A stretch of 64,000 nucleotides of DNA. It comes from Octopus sinensis (taxonomy: Eukaryota). Position numbers and translations under genes: made by a program. The notes beneath the pieces were generated by a model. That model made no database searches, was not told the DNA's origin, and saw nothing but the letters and a program-made list of their open reading frames with translations. The stretch is from positions 50,406,001-50,470,000 of the forward strand of contig NC_042997.1 in the NCBI RefSeq assembly GCF_006345805.1, read 5' to 3'. Positions 11,153 to 24,110 of this stretch are shown here, one piece after another (within the stretch, counting starts at the first letter, position 1; every line of letters begins with the position of its first letter).

Positions 11153-14036
11153 GGGCAAATCGAAGTGAAGTTGATACCCCCGTCAACGATGCTATATCTG
11201 ATACCCCTTATTCTGCTTGTTCCCCAACTCCCGCCCCTCAGACTTCACAGCTCAGCATCGTCTACACCAACTCGTGCTCCTTATTCCCAAAGTTCAGTGA
11301 ACTATTTACACTGGCCATACGTGACTCCCCTGATGTGATAGCTATCACCGAGACTTGGCTGACTCCAGCAGTAAAGGACTCAGAAATCCACCTGCAGGGC
11401 TACGTCCTTTTCAGATGTGACAGAGGAAAAAGGCGAGGTGGAGGTGTTGCTGTGTATGTTAAGTCTGAGCACAAACCGTCCAGCGGTATTCTACCCACTA
11501 ATGCTCAGCCTACAACAAAATTCGATGCCGTTTATTGCAAGCTGAGCCTATCTGAGTTTTGCCTGCCCGTGTTGGCTGTCTACAGGCCGCCTCTTGCCGA
11601 CCCCCGGGACGATGCTCATTTACTCGAAGCGATAAGATTCGTTTCAGCTTCGCATGACTGTTTGGTACTAGGAGACTTCAACGCTCCCACGATCGATTGG
11701 CCCGCATCAATTTGTACAACATCTTCCCGGTTCGGCCAGGCTCTTCTTGACGTGGCTGAAGATTGTTTTCTATCGCAACATGTTGAATATCCGACAAGGC
11801 ATCGGTCTGGGCAGCAGCCATCTATGCTAGATCTGGTATTCTCCCGCTATCCAAGATCAGTGACAGACGTATCTGTGTGCGCCCCTCTTGCCAAGAGTGA
11901 TCATGCGGTCCTGAAGTTCGTCATGCACACAACTTTTTCTGCGCCCACGACTACTTCGCTGCCACGTAGAGTCTTCTCTGCAATTAATCTTGAAATTCTA
12001 ACCGAGGCTTCCGCGCTTCTGGACTGGCGATCCCTGATGACGTTGTCCTCAGTTGACGAACTATGGTCATCCCTCAAAGCATATGTAATCTGTTTGACTG
12101 ACCAGGCAGTTCCCGTTGGGCTTCCCAAGAGGAAGAAACACAAGCCCTGGGTGACGAAGACGGTTAAACGAGAACGTCGACTCAGAGATATTGCTTGGGC
12201 TGAATTCAAAAATCTGGATTCGACTGCAGCTTTTGAGGTGTACAAAACTCAACGAGACCGAGCCGTGAAAATCGAAAAGAAAGAACGCTTCAGTTATGAA
12301 TACAAAATCGCGGCAAATGCCAGTAGCAATCCAAAAACCTTCTTTGCCCATGTCCAGCGAAATTCCCGCTTGAACAACCAGATTGCAACGTTGGTAGACT
12401 CAACAGGCGTATCGATTGAGGACCCTTATCAACAGAGTCAATTATTTGCCGAGGCTTTTTCAACTATTTTCAAACAAGATGATGGTCGTGAACCCCCTCC
12501 ATTTGATAGATTGGTACCTCCAATGCTTCGATTGGTCATCACGCGGGACGAAGTCAAACGTGTTATTCAAGGCCTCGATGTCAACAAGGGTCACGGCCCT
12601 GACGGCATACACCCACGGGTTATCAAAGCGTTGGCTCCGGTCATCTGCGAGCCCTTAACGCGACTATTCAATATGTCATTGGCGACGGGTGTTATACCTG
12701 CAGACTGGAGAACAGCGATAATCTGCCCAATTTTCAAGAAAGGGAGCCGCGAAGACCCGCTTAACTACCGACCGGTTTCCATTACATCAATAATCAGCAA
12801 GATGTTCGAAACCATCCTTAAGAAAAGTATGATGCTCCACCTCCTAAACACAGCCTCTATCTCTGATTCCCAACACGGCTTCGTGCCGAAGAGATCATGC
12901 TTGACCAACTTACTAGTAATGGAAGAATTGGTGACGCGCATCCTCGATGATAGTGATGCTGTTGACATCGTTTTATTGGACTTTGCCAAAGCTTTTGACT
13001 CGGTAAACCACCGCCTATTACTTGTCAAGCTTCAAGCATATAGTTTCCACCCGGATATTGTACGATGGGTTGGTGCCTTCCTCTCAGATCGCTCCTTCCA
13101 AGTCCAAGTTAATGGTTCGCGGTCCGACGTCTCCAGTGCGAGCGGTGGCGTGCCTCAAGGTTCAGTGCTTGGGCCCTTGTTGTTCTTAGTCTTCATAAAT
13201 GACTTGCCCGACGACCTCACGCAACACACCCTTCTATTTGCCGACGATATCAAACTGGTCGCTCCTCGCGGTAGTATAGAGGATCTTCGTCGATGCCTCC
13301 ACCAATTTTGGAAGTGGTCTAACGATTGGGACCTGTGTCTGACGTGTCAAAGTGCTGTCATCTGCCTGTCGGCTCTACTCCTGCAACTCAACTTGATCTC
13401 GAGCCGGGTCGTCTGCTGCTGGAGAGGACCGATCAGGTAAAGGACCTAGGTATCTTGGTGGATTCCTCCTTTTCGCCTTCGGCCCAGTGCGTCCATGCTG
13501 CCAACAAAGCACGCGGAATTCTGTTCTTGATTCGACGGTCATTCGGAATGCTCACAGCAGCCATATTCCTACCACTCTATGTCACGCTGGTGAGACCCAT
13601 ATTGGAGTATGGGATTCAAGCCTCTTCTCCTTATCTCCTCAAAGACATACAGCATCTCGAAAGAGTCCAGAAGCTGGCTACCCGCATGGTTCATGGTCTC
13701 AAAAATTTGTCCTACGAAGAAAGGCTGAGGACGCTCGACCTTTATTCTCTTGAAAAACGCCGCCGCCGTAGTGATCTCATTCTCGCCCACAACATCATAA
13801 GCGGAAAGTGTAACCTCTCGAAAGAGCTGTTCTTCACTCCTGCTCCAGAGCGTCGGCTGCGGAGTCATTCCGAAAAGCTCTACCTGCGACGATTTCATCT
13901 CAATCGAAGGAGAGGAGCTTTCTCCGTCCGGGTTGCGGATCCGTGGAACAAGCTGCCAGACGAGATGGTAAAGATGCCGACGACCGCTTTGTTCAAAGCC
14001 TCCCTGGACCTCAAGTGGCCTGAACTCTTTACATGA
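11149..14036 (+). CDS. CR1-type ORF2: APE endonuclease plus reverse transcriptase, with a single apparent 1-nt deletion near 13342
   Basis: IAITETWL, RGGGVAVYV, LGDFNAP, LDLVF (APE); NYRPVS, QHGF, LDFAKAFDSV, GVPQGSVLGPLLF, LFADDIK (RT); the frame resumes at VSKCCHL..KDLGI..LERVQKLATRM..YEERL..LYSLEKRR. Confidence 0.92.
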
Positions 14037-15562
14037 ACACCACCCTGTACTTAACTCCATGTCCCCCTACATGGCCTTGCTATTTGCTTTTGAGCCAAAT
14101 TAACTAACTAACTAACTAACTAACATAAGAGTTGGCTTGAGAGTAAACAACAAATTTATATGTTTGCGGTTAGACTCAACCAGATTTCTTACTTTATGGG
14201 GTCAGTAAATAATGATGAGTCTATTACAACGTTGCCAGCAATGGAGCCTGCTAGATAATGAGCTAAAATCTCTTTCATACCACACTCTACTGTCTACAAA
14301 AGAGAAAACAGTGGCAAATATAAGCTGGAATGCATTCTTCCCAAACAAAAGAAATTTGAATTCAGTTGATCAGAGGTAGCTGGATCGAAGCTAAACAAGA
14401 AAAAGTAACCGCAACATATCTAAGATCAGCTAAAGTAGACCGCATACTCTTCACAAAAGGGCATTAATAAGCAGAGATTTCAAAATAACTCCAATATGCG
14501 CAATTATTCCGTATGGAGGTTGTAAGCAACTGCTCCTAACAAATGTTATAACATCTACTTATTAACTTCGTGAGTCAGATTTATTGCACTAAATTTGATA
14601 TACGATAGCAAGACGTAAAAATTGAGTAAGGGGATTCGTAAGGAACAGAATTCATTCCTAAGTTTACTCATAAGCATAAGCAGTCCCCATTTCACTGTCA
14701 AATAAATCGTAGACCGTCGGTTTCCCTAATGAATTACACACACACACACACAAATATATATGCCATCAGACATGTCAGTGTATGTGTGTGCGTGTGAGGC
14801 AGTTCTAGTGACTCATTTCTTTGAAAATACATATACGTATTACTTTCAATCTACGGCGACATCCTTCAGCCTATTGATTGGTTGGGTGAGGAAAGGGAAC
14901 CTGGATTACTTGAACATGAAATACTAATTATCGTGATCATGAAAGTCCCTCCGGCAGCACTCTGACAAGCTCTACACACTGTATCGTCGTCACACCAAAA
15001 ATAAAATAAAATAAAACTGATCTCGCAAAATGATTCATTCACGGCAAGACTACATCTCTCAGGATACGCAAATATACCGTGTGATGAGTAGATATCCTAC
15101 AAGACTTACAGTTGCATTACTCAGTGGGACGTGTGAATCTACAGATGGTATAGGTCCTGTAAAACAGTGCTTCAAGCTCAGAAAGAAGGCGCTCGAATCT
15201 CTGATTTGAAGATTTTAAAAGCGACAATTCAATGGGTCGAATAGACTTATTGTGACTGCAGAGACGACGGCGACTGACAACGAACGACAGCAAAGAGCTA
15301 TAAGAAAAGTTGGAAGTTGGAGACTTAAAGTGTACAAAACATCAAGATGGAGGGAGAGTGAAGGTTATGGGAAGAGTTATTGTACTAGCTCTACTAAAAG
15401 TATTCTGCTGCACCCACAAACATTGATGTACAAGCAGCCCCTTTGATCTACAGTCCCATAAAGAGAGAGCATTGATGAAATCTCTACAATTAAGACGAAT
15501 GATGGATTATACCACATGATGCGGCTGACACTAATTTTGTTTTTGTGCTTCATGCCAGCTTC

Positions 15563-15593
<31 letters not shown>

Positions 15594-17654
15594 CACAGAA
15601 TTATATGTCGTACCGTAATATTTTCTCTTCAATACCACTTCTGCCTAGGTTTTGCTTGTAGACAAGAGCTTATTAGTACAAATATGCAAAAATTAGCACT
15701 CAGTAATATTAAAATAATATCCCGGACGTGAATTGGTTTAGTTCTTTTCGTTGTCCAAAAGCAGAGCTCAAAACTATTTGTTATGTTTATTTCAGTATCA
15801 GCTGTCAAATTACAATCTTTTATTTCATCATTATTTTAGCCTGGAATGGCATTCGAAGCATGAAGGATTGATTCTACATTTTTCTCCGTCCATATTTGTG
15901 TCATCTATCCACAATGCATGATATACTGTATCCCGTTCGTCCCTTAAAAAAAAAACCACAGCTGTATTATTTCTTGCTGGAGATATAAATCTAACTTGTG
16001 ATTCATCATTTCTTATGCAACGAAACCAAACTGGAGCTGCAGTTTGACAGGACATTGTTACTGGCGACCGTATTTGTCTGCCCTTCTAAGCTGGTGAACT
16101 AAGGCATCTTTCTTAGTGAGGGATTGATCAGTATCTCAAAACTATGTGACTCAAATATGCATTCATATATTTCTTATTGGGGGTCTGTAAAGATTAAAAA
16201 CGGCAGAGTCAACTTTCCATAATTAATAAAATTAAGATACTTTTTAACTTTATAAACTTGCCTACTACCACAACGAAAATAGAGGTAGGCTCTGTTTTGT
16301 CTTCTCGTTAATAAAGGAAGGGGTTCAAAAAGTTTCTTTGATATTTACTTTACTGTGGGACCAGTATTTGTCTGCTTGAGAATAATTGCACTAAAAAGAC
16401 ATTTTCATTATAGAATCAGAATCCATTTGGGCTATTTCATATGTTTATATCTGATCTCATGAAAACTTCTATAGAAACCATTCTCACGAAATTTTCGCCA
16501 GTATTGTCAGACACTAATGCTTCTGGAACACTATTTCTGATAAACATAGTTCGTAATACCTACTTATTCCTTCCTCTTTAGTTTTAACTCATTATTTTTG
16601 GCCACCCAAAGCACGCATTTATTAAGAACAAACAGTCCTTAATTCTAGTCATAAGCGTGAGTCATAAGCACAAGTATCTATTCTCTAATTTCTTTAAACC
16701 AACGTGCACTGTGTCAAGTAATGCTGTCAGACTTATACTTACATGTCATTCCATATTTCCACGGTAACTTGGTCACCATTCTTCTAATTTCGACCGATTA
16801 CTTGTTGCTTTTGAGCCGCAAATGTATATAACCATACGTAGGATTTATCATTAATGTCTTCAAACAGGTTGGCAGAACAATTAATACTCCATTACACAAG
16901 ACTCCATCCGCAACTGTTAACTTACTTTTCAATAACTTAAATTGACACTCGGCCATTATGTTCATATTAGCTCCACATCTACTACGTTCTTCTTTTCTTT
17001 GTTAAGCTTTTATGAAACACTCATCCACTCAGCGTCTCTTCTATCTCTTTGCCTCCTCACCATCAGTTCATCTATTTCTCATCATTCCTTCACAAATACT
17101 CATTATAGACATCCGTCTCTCTTTATTTCCCTCTTTCTCTTAAAATCCTTATTGTTAATCTTCTATTGGTCAATCTCTGCCAGTTTCTCTCTCTCTCTCT
17201 TTCTCATCGATATTCATCTGAATTACTAGCCATCACTCTCTCCCTCTGACACACACACACACACCCACTATTTTCACTTCTATCACTCATTTTACATGTA
17301 ACTCTGTCTACTCATCATTCTCTCTCACCCATTACTCTCTCTCTCTCCTATCAGACTCTCTCCCATCACGATTTCTCGCCTATGGTCAAAGTCACTAATC
17401 ACTCTCCACCCGCCTCTCTCTCCCGTTCTCTCTCTCTATTTCTCACTCTCTCTCACTCAACTTCCTCTTCGATCATTCCTTCTACTTTCTTATCTCTTTG
17501 GCTATCACAGCACTTATGGTCTATACAATTCCTTTACCATCAGCTAACATGTGACTCCCTCTCACTCCTTTCTTCTTTTACTCTCTCCTCTCTCAGTCAA
17601 CCTCTTAACTTTAGATCTCTTCTCTTACTCATTCTTCTATCATTATTTCATCAT

Positions 17655-18008
17655 GTGGAGGCGCAGTGACCCAGTGGTTAGAGCAGCGGACTCGCGGTCG
17701 TTGGATCGCGGTTTCGATTCCCAGACTGGCGTTGCTATTGAGCGAAAACACCTAAAAGCTCCACGAGGTTCCGGCAGGAGGTGGTGGCGAACTCTGCTGT
17801 ATTTCTTCTCCGCAACTTTCTCTCGCTTTTTCTTCTTGTTTCTGGTGTACCTGTATTTCAAAGGGCCGGCTTTGTCGCACTCTCTGTCACACTGAATCTC
17901 CCCGAGAACTATGTTTAGGGTACACGTGTCTGTGGAGTGCTCAGCCACTTGCACGTTAATTTCACGAGCAGGCTGTTCCGTTGATCGGATCAACTGGAAC
18001 CCTCGTCG
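17655..18008 (+). mobile_element. tRNA-derived SINE (octopus type)
   Basis: A box gtgacccagtggttag, B box ggtttcgattccc; homologous to 21815-22170 (-) and partly to 33945-34270 and 54470-54773. Confidence 0.85.
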
Positions 18009-18335
18009 AGTGCCACGCTTTCATCATGTCTCACCCCGTTTTACTGAAAATATTCTTCATCTAAAAACACTACAATTGTTTCGAGTCATCCTCGCGCCTG
18101 TAGTTCATAGATGAAATGTTATAGTCATTATCTTACATCTCTGGTGTAGAATGCACTTCCTCGGGTGATCGTTCAAGTAAGTCCCTCGTTAGATACTTTC
18201 GCCATTTCACTCAGTTTACTAAAGTATACCTAGAGTAGTGTGTCATTCTGGCACTTTACAGACAGAACTAAAGCCGTAGATTCAGAAGGAGATGGGGAGA
18301 GAGAGAGAGAGAGAAATTCCATTTATTATCGTATA

Positions 18336-18570
18336 CCTATTTCTTTATTACCCATAAGGGGCTAAACACAGAGAGGACAAACAAGGACAGACAAACGGAT
18401 TAAGTCGATTACATCAACCCCAGTGTTTCACTGGTACTTAATTTATCGACCCCGAAAGGATGAAAGGCAAAGTCGACCTCGGCGGAATTTGAACTCAGAA
18501 CGAAAAGACAGGCGAAATACGGCTACGCATTTCGCCCGGCGTGCTAACCACTCTGCCAGCTCACCGCCTT
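18336..18570 (-). mobile_element. tRNA-derived SINE (abundant octopus family with gtcgactttgcctttcatcctttcggggtcg core), with 11-bp TSD
   Basis: Full head-to-tail copy; attatcgtata at 18325-18335 and 18572-18582. Confidence 0.9.
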
Positions 18571-19397
18571 CATTATCGTATATAAACACCTGATGTACAT
18601 CCAGTAGCATGTCTGTTTCTGGTGCATGATAACATCAAGCAGTCAATATCTATGTACGAGCTTTCCTTATGAACCTCGTGAAGAGCTTTTGGTCCTTTTA
18701 TTTGGATGTTGTATTTTATAATGATTTTTAAAAAATTTACTGACATCCTGTTTTGATTATTTCATATATCTCTCGTTTAAATATTCCCCATTGTCACCGA
18801 CCATCGTTACCACATAAATTCAACATCTATGAGAGTACTCGATCTACGAAACAAAGCAGCCAAATCTCCATCAAACTACACCCTACAGTATTTTGAAATG
18901 CGACATGCGTTCGTATATTTCTTAATAAATCGCGCTTCGAAAGTAAAGTGGTGTTGTTTCGGCTAAAAGCTTTTGATTATACGTTCGGTGTGAATTCACT
19001 TGAGCTAAGCGGTGATAATAATTCCATTTCAATTCATCTTTGTGTTCGTAAGTGTTTTGAGTAGAATCCACGTTGGCCGTTTGTTGTGCTTAATCATGCA
19101 TGACGCCAAATACTTGACGAAAATATGTCAAACATTACCCTATTGCTTTAGATCTTTTGAAAGTAATAAACTGTCCCATTCCGTCTGTTGTTTCTTTGCT
19201 TCATATCAACCGAAACAAACTTTGATAAGAAAAAGTAGCATTTATGTAATAAACTATATTTTTACTGGAAGGCAATACTTTGTATTGCATTACTGATATT
19301 TTGAAACTTCTTCACCGTTTCTCGTACTGTTAGCGTTCCGTATTTCAGTCGAGTGTGTTAGTATTTATGTGGTGACATCGTAGTTTCGTCTTGGTAT

Positions 19398-19474
19398 ATG
19401 TTTGGCTGAAGAAGGTAAAGCAAATATGGGTGAGAGACATATCTTGCAAAACCTGAAACCTGCAGGTACCACAT
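19398..19474 (+). ncRNA. Type I hammerhead ribozyme, complete core, palindromic stem III
   Basis: CUGAAGA 19406-19412; stem II aggt/acct extended by gcaa/ttgc and atatg/catat; GAAA 19455-19458; ACCUGCAGGU palindrome; GUA triplet 19466-19468; stem I tgg/cca plus atg/cat. Confidence 0.75.
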
Positions 19475-19683
19475 TATCCATTTTCCGGGTGTTTCATCTT
19501 TCAGATGTTCTCCCTGGAGGTAAGACGGATTTTTTTCTCTATTTTGTTGCACACACGCACTTTTACTAATACATACGCGGTGAAGCTACACATTAGCGTC
19601 GTATTTTTACGTTCGCTATTTCCAGTAAATATCGGTACTTAGTTGTGCCATTTATTTACTAATTTGTATATATATATATATAT

Positions 19684-19914
19684 ATAAATGAACATTGGAG
19701 ACAACTCAAGGAAGGTAAAAGCTCATCGATTCTGTACCAACACACCGAACAGGAACACGGGGGATCAATTAACAACATAGAAATTAAAATATTGTCCACA
19801 CATACAACAGATGCAACAATCAGACAAATTACAGAAGCTACACACATAATAGAAAATAAACCTAGCCTGAATAGAAAACTAGAATGGAACACTAGCACAC
19901 ACCACAACATATGA
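19684..19914 (+). mobile_element. Penelope-like element ORF 3' end (C-terminal half of GIY-YIG endonuclease); 3' UTR runs to about 20450
   Basis: Open frame missed by the ORF track: INEHWRQLKEGKSSSILYQHTEQEHGGSINNIEIKILSTHTTDATIRQITEATHIIENKPSLNRKLEWNTSTHHNI*, matching the R-x-x-x-EA-x-x-I...P-x-LN C-terminal motif of PLE GIY-YIG. Confidence 0.8.
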
Positions 19915-20301
19915 CGGTAGAGGATACCGAAAACATAATAAGTACATAGATAAATAAACAAATAGAAATAAATAACTATATTATTTTTTTTTTATTTATT
20001 ATTATTATTATTACTAGTATTGTTGTTATACATACATACATACAAGCATATGTAATGATAATAATAAAGGGATGTAAACACATGAACAAAATAAGAATAA
20101 ACCAAAACAACAACAAAAACAAATTACATGAACGTATATAAACAGAAGATACAAATATTACAGGCATCCGCCCCACACGCACACTAAATAAACATAGACG
20201 CACATAGAGATATAAGCATGCGCAAATGAAGACATACAATAGAAATACAAAATGGCTGACGGTAAGTAAGGAGAGACACAAATAAGAAAGAAGAAAACAA
20301 A

Positions 20302-20346
20302 GGACCACTGATGCGGTCACAGGAGTGTGACGAAAGAACTCTGGCC
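20302..20346 (+). ncRNA. Degenerate hammerhead-like motif downstream of the GIY-YIG fragment
   Basis: ggacca-CUGAUGC(A9>C)-g-gtcac/gtgac-GAAA-g-aa-CUC-tggcc. Confidence 0.4.
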
Positions 20347-20546
20347 GAAATAAGATTAAGATTAATGTAAAAAATAAATAACACTGAAACAAAGTAACAC
20401 CAAATATATAGTGCGTGGGTTTTTATTGGCTAAACTGGCAAAATGACCATTCCGAAATATAACAATATGTATATATAATATATATTATGTATATTAATAT
20501 ATATATATAATATATATCTATATACATTATATTATATATATATTAC

Positions 20547-20607
<61 letters not shown>

Positions 20608-20632
20608 GTGTATATATATATATACATAAATA

Positions 20633-20664
<32 letters not shown>

Positions 20665-20747
20665 TATATTATATTATATATATTACATATATATATAATA
20701 TATATATTATATATATTATATGTATTACATATATATGATATATAATA

Positions 20748-20930
20748 CATTTGACTGCGGCCATGCTTGAACATGGCATTTAGTCGAACAAGTCGACCCC
20801 AGGATTTATTCTTTGTAAGCCTAGTACTTATTCTAGCGGTCTCTTTTCCCTAACTGCGAGGTTACAGCGGCGTAGACACGCCGCTATCGGTTGCCAAGCG
20901 ATAGTGGGGGGAAAACACAGTCACACAAAC
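20748..20930 (-). mobile_element. 3' fragment of CORE-type SINE
   Basis: catttgactgcggccatgct...gaccccagg..ttattc..gtaagcctagtac, homologous to 23134-23511. Confidence 0.7.
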
Positions 20931-20941
20931 GATCACACACG

Positions 20942-20989
<48 letters not shown>

Positions 20990-20994
20990 AAACT

Positions 20995-21310
20995 ATAAAT
21001 TAGGGTGTCCGAGAGATACCACCATGCTGAAATAGCAGTCAAAACCCTGACCATAAAACCACCTTAAATGTTCATATCGCGCCAGGAGAGAAGACAGAGA
21101 GACAAAATAAACTAGCAAAAAAGATTTTACTGCAAAAATTCAAGATCCTGGATTTCTGGCTTACCTTCAGAGAAGCTCTGCCTTCTTCAGTTGAATATAC
21201 CAGATGGGCACATAAATACAGATACATATATACAGAACATACGTTATACTTATATATACGAACGCTCATACATACATATATATGCACGTATGTACAAGAC
21301 CAGGTTAAAT
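20995..21310 (-). mobile_element. Penelope-like pseudo-LTR unit carrying a hammerhead; homologous to 53921-54270
   Basis: Co-linear similarity with the 54-kb copy (tagggt..gagataccacc..gctg.aaatagcag..aaaataaactagcaaaaa..gctctgccttc.tcag..atgcacgtatg..gacca). Confidence 0.65.
21138..21196 (-). ncRNA. Type I hammerhead ribozyme-like motif (family shared with 54067-54125)
   Basis: Minus strand: attcaa-CUGAAGA-a-ggc..gcc-a-GAAA-uc-cag-ga-UC^ttgaat. Confidence 0.7.
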
Positions 21311-21814
21311 TGCCCGCCAAACATTTATATTCACTGCGGTGTTTATTTTGACCATATCGCGCTTGGAGGTGTTTGGCGTAATTCTGAGTGAGTTGCTATT
21401 CTCTGACTAACAAAATTGCAAGCAAGTTTTTTGAAGAAATTCTTCGAAAATTTAGGGACATCGTCGTTGCACCAGAGAAGGCCGAGTATTGTAGCTAATA
21501 TGCCTATTAAATCAGGGTGAGAAGAATTATTCTCAACAAACATTAGACTTTAGAGTACCATAAGGGTTCTGTCACGTAATTCTTTAAGAAACGATGCTAC
21601 AGTCTTCTAGATCATTGAAGGTTGCAACGTGTTCAAATTCTTTGAAACTATGATTTCTTTTTTAACCACACATTTGTGTGCTCCAGTAAAAGTTTAACCT
21701 GAATTCAGCTTTCGCAGGTAGTGCCGTTTCTGCTTCTGTTGTTGTTGTTGTTGTTGTTGTTTTGTTGTTGAGATTGTTTCAACTGTCTATATACAGAAAA
21801 TTCCAGTGGACGGA

Positions 21815-22170
21815 CTGTTCCAGTTGATCCGATCAACAGAACAGCTTGCTCGTGAAATTAACGTGCAAGTGGCTGAGCACTCCACAGACACCTGTACCCT
21901 TAACGTAGTTCTCGGGGAGATTCAGCGTGACACAGAGTGTGACAAGGCTGACCCTTTGAAATACAGATACAGCAGAAACAGGAATAAAGAGTGAGTGAAA
22001 GTTGTGGTGAAAGAGTACAGCAGGGTTCACCACCACCCCCTGCCGTAGCCTCTTGGGGATTTAGGTGTTTTCGCTCAATAAACACTCACAACGCCCGGAC
22101 TGGGAATCGAAACTGCGATCCTAAGACCCCGGGTCCGCTGCCCTAACCACTGGGCCATTGCGCCTCCACA
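21815..22170 (-). mobile_element. tRNA-derived SINE, same family as 17655-18008
   Basis: Reverse-complement homology; head ends ctaaccactgggccattgcgcctccac. Confidence 0.85.
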
Positions 22171-22225
22171 TACATACATACATACATACATACATACATA
22201 CATAATACATACATACATACATACA

Positions 22226-22261
<36 letters not shown>

Positions 22262-23133
22262 TGTATGTATATATGTATGCATATATATATGTATTTATAT
22301 ATATATATGTATGTATGTATATATGTATGTATGTAAGTAAGTATGTATGTATGTATATATATATATATATGGGACGGAGAGAAAGACATACCTACGTGTG
22401 TGTATGTGTAAATGATATTATTCGAAAGTATATCTAAGGCCGCGGTGAGGTTTTAAAACAGATCGGATTAATTGCATGGCCTTTCGTGGATGCAAGATTT
22501 AATCTAGAAAAGCAAACCATTATTGGTGAGAGTAGAGCACCTCATAAGAGACTAAAGAACCGGGACATTTAGTACCAACCTTTCATGTTGAGTTAAAATC
22601 CCAGCAAGATTAACTTTCATTGGACAGACACCAGTGAATTAAATATCAATCATCAGAACATGGGACACGGAGTAAGTTATTGATTGTCCTTTGTACATTA
22701 GTCTTTCGACCTGCAAGAAATAGCAGCCTGTGATTTTTTTTTTATTTTCCCCCCTAGAGCCTTAAGTAAGGACGCATCGGGTAACGTAGTCCAGCTAACG
22801 GAATGGTCACGGCCTAAACGCCTTTGTTTATGGATCTGCTCAATCAGAAAAGATTAGCTAATGAGCATTAATAGATTTTTATTAGAAATATTAACGCAGA
22901 CATTTAAGAAAATATTACTTTTATAATCAGAAGCAGCACCAATTAGAGGGGGCATAAGCAATGCTATTTACTTCTGGGTGCGGGGAACCAATGCCTTTTA
23001 TAAAAAAGATTTGATTTAGAATTTGACATGCAAGAGTTTTGATCTGAAACCGTGTGTTGGAACCAATATTGTTATATTAGGGGAGGGTCGTAATTTATAA
23101 AACCTATAAAAATACTCATCAGTTGTTGCTTGT

Positions 23134-23511
23134 CTATACTCTTACTCTTTTATCTGTTTCAGTCATTTGACTGCGGCCATGCTGGAGCACCGCCTTTAAT
23201 CGAGCAACTCGACCCCGGGACTTATTTTTTGTAAGCCCAGTACTTATTCTACCGGTCTCTTTTGCCGAACCGCTAAGTGACGGGGACATAAACACACCAG
23301 CATCGGTTGTCAAGCAATGCTAGGGGACAAACACACACACATACACATATATTCGAAGGGCTTCTTTCAGTTTCCATCTACCAAATCCACTCACAAGGCT
23401 TTGGTCGGTCCGAGGCTATAGTAGAAGACACTTGCCCAAGGTGCCACGCAGTAGGACTGAATCCGGAACCATGTGGTTGGTAAACAAGCTACTTACCACA
23501 CAGCCACTCCT
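23134..23511 (-). mobile_element. CORE-type tRNA-SINE (OR2-like), left member of an inverted pair
   Basis: Head aggagtggctgtgtggtaag; CORE-like gcaccttgggcaagtgtcttctactatagcc. Confidence 0.85.
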
Positions 23512-23690
23512 TTCTATTTTCAAAGTAGTTGATGACTCTTTATGTTCCCAAAAATATTTTTCGTCACACCAAGAATTTAAAAGACAAGATTGTACACCCA
23601 CCGAGACACACTCATGTAGCAAAAAATATTATGGAGGACTTAGGCAAATATCACCTGTCTTGCAAAAAAAAAAAAAAGAAGTGAAATATA

Positions 23691-24110
23691 GGCGCAGGAG
23701 TGGCTGTGTGGTAAGTAGCTTGCTTACCAACCACATAGTTCCGGGTTCAGTCCCACTGCGTGGCACCTTGGGCAAGTGTCTTCTACTATAGCCTCGAGCC
23801 GACCAAAGCCTTGTGAGTGGATTTGGTAGACGGAAACTGAAAGAAGCCCGTCGTATATATGTATATATATATGTATATATGCTTGTGTGTGTTTGTGTGT
23901 CTGTGTTTGTCCCCCTAGCATTGCTTGACAACCGATGCTGGTGTGTTTATGTCCCCGTCACCTAGCGGTTCGGCAAAATGAAACCGATAGAATAAGTACT
24001 GGGCTTAAAAAGAATAAGTCCCGGGGTCGAGTTGCTCGATTAAAGGCGGTGCTCCAGCATGGCCGCAGTCAAATGACTGAAACAAGTAAGAGAGTAAAAG
24101 AGTAAAGAGT
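23691..24110 (+). mobile_element. CORE-type tRNA-SINE (OR2-like), right member of an inverted pair
   Basis: Roughly 95% identical by eye to the reverse complement of 23134-23511 outside the internal microsatellite. Confidence 0.85.

Larger units (their letters stand above)
9780..14124 (+). mobile_element. Near-intact full-length CR1-group LINE (5' UTR, ORF1, APE-RT ORF2, 3' UTR, (TAAC)6 tail)
   Basis: ORF1 and ORF2 are co-linear; tail taactaac.. at 14101-14124; 3' end homologous to the truncated copy at 27161-27516. The 5' boundary is approximate. Confidence 0.93.

Noticed and set aside
13569-14060. Antisense ORFs over LINEs (also 5136-5708, 11901-12351, 29166-29680, 30575-30934)
   Set aside because: Shadow frames of recognised retrotransposon ORFs
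14700-14775. Minus-strand GAAA-CC-gac-GG-UC stem III look-alike
   Set aside because: Upstream core is CUGAUGG, separated by a microsatellite, and stem I does not pair
17655-17730. tRNA-like sequences with A and B boxes
   Set aside because: They are SINE heads continuing into SINE bodies; no complete cloverleaf
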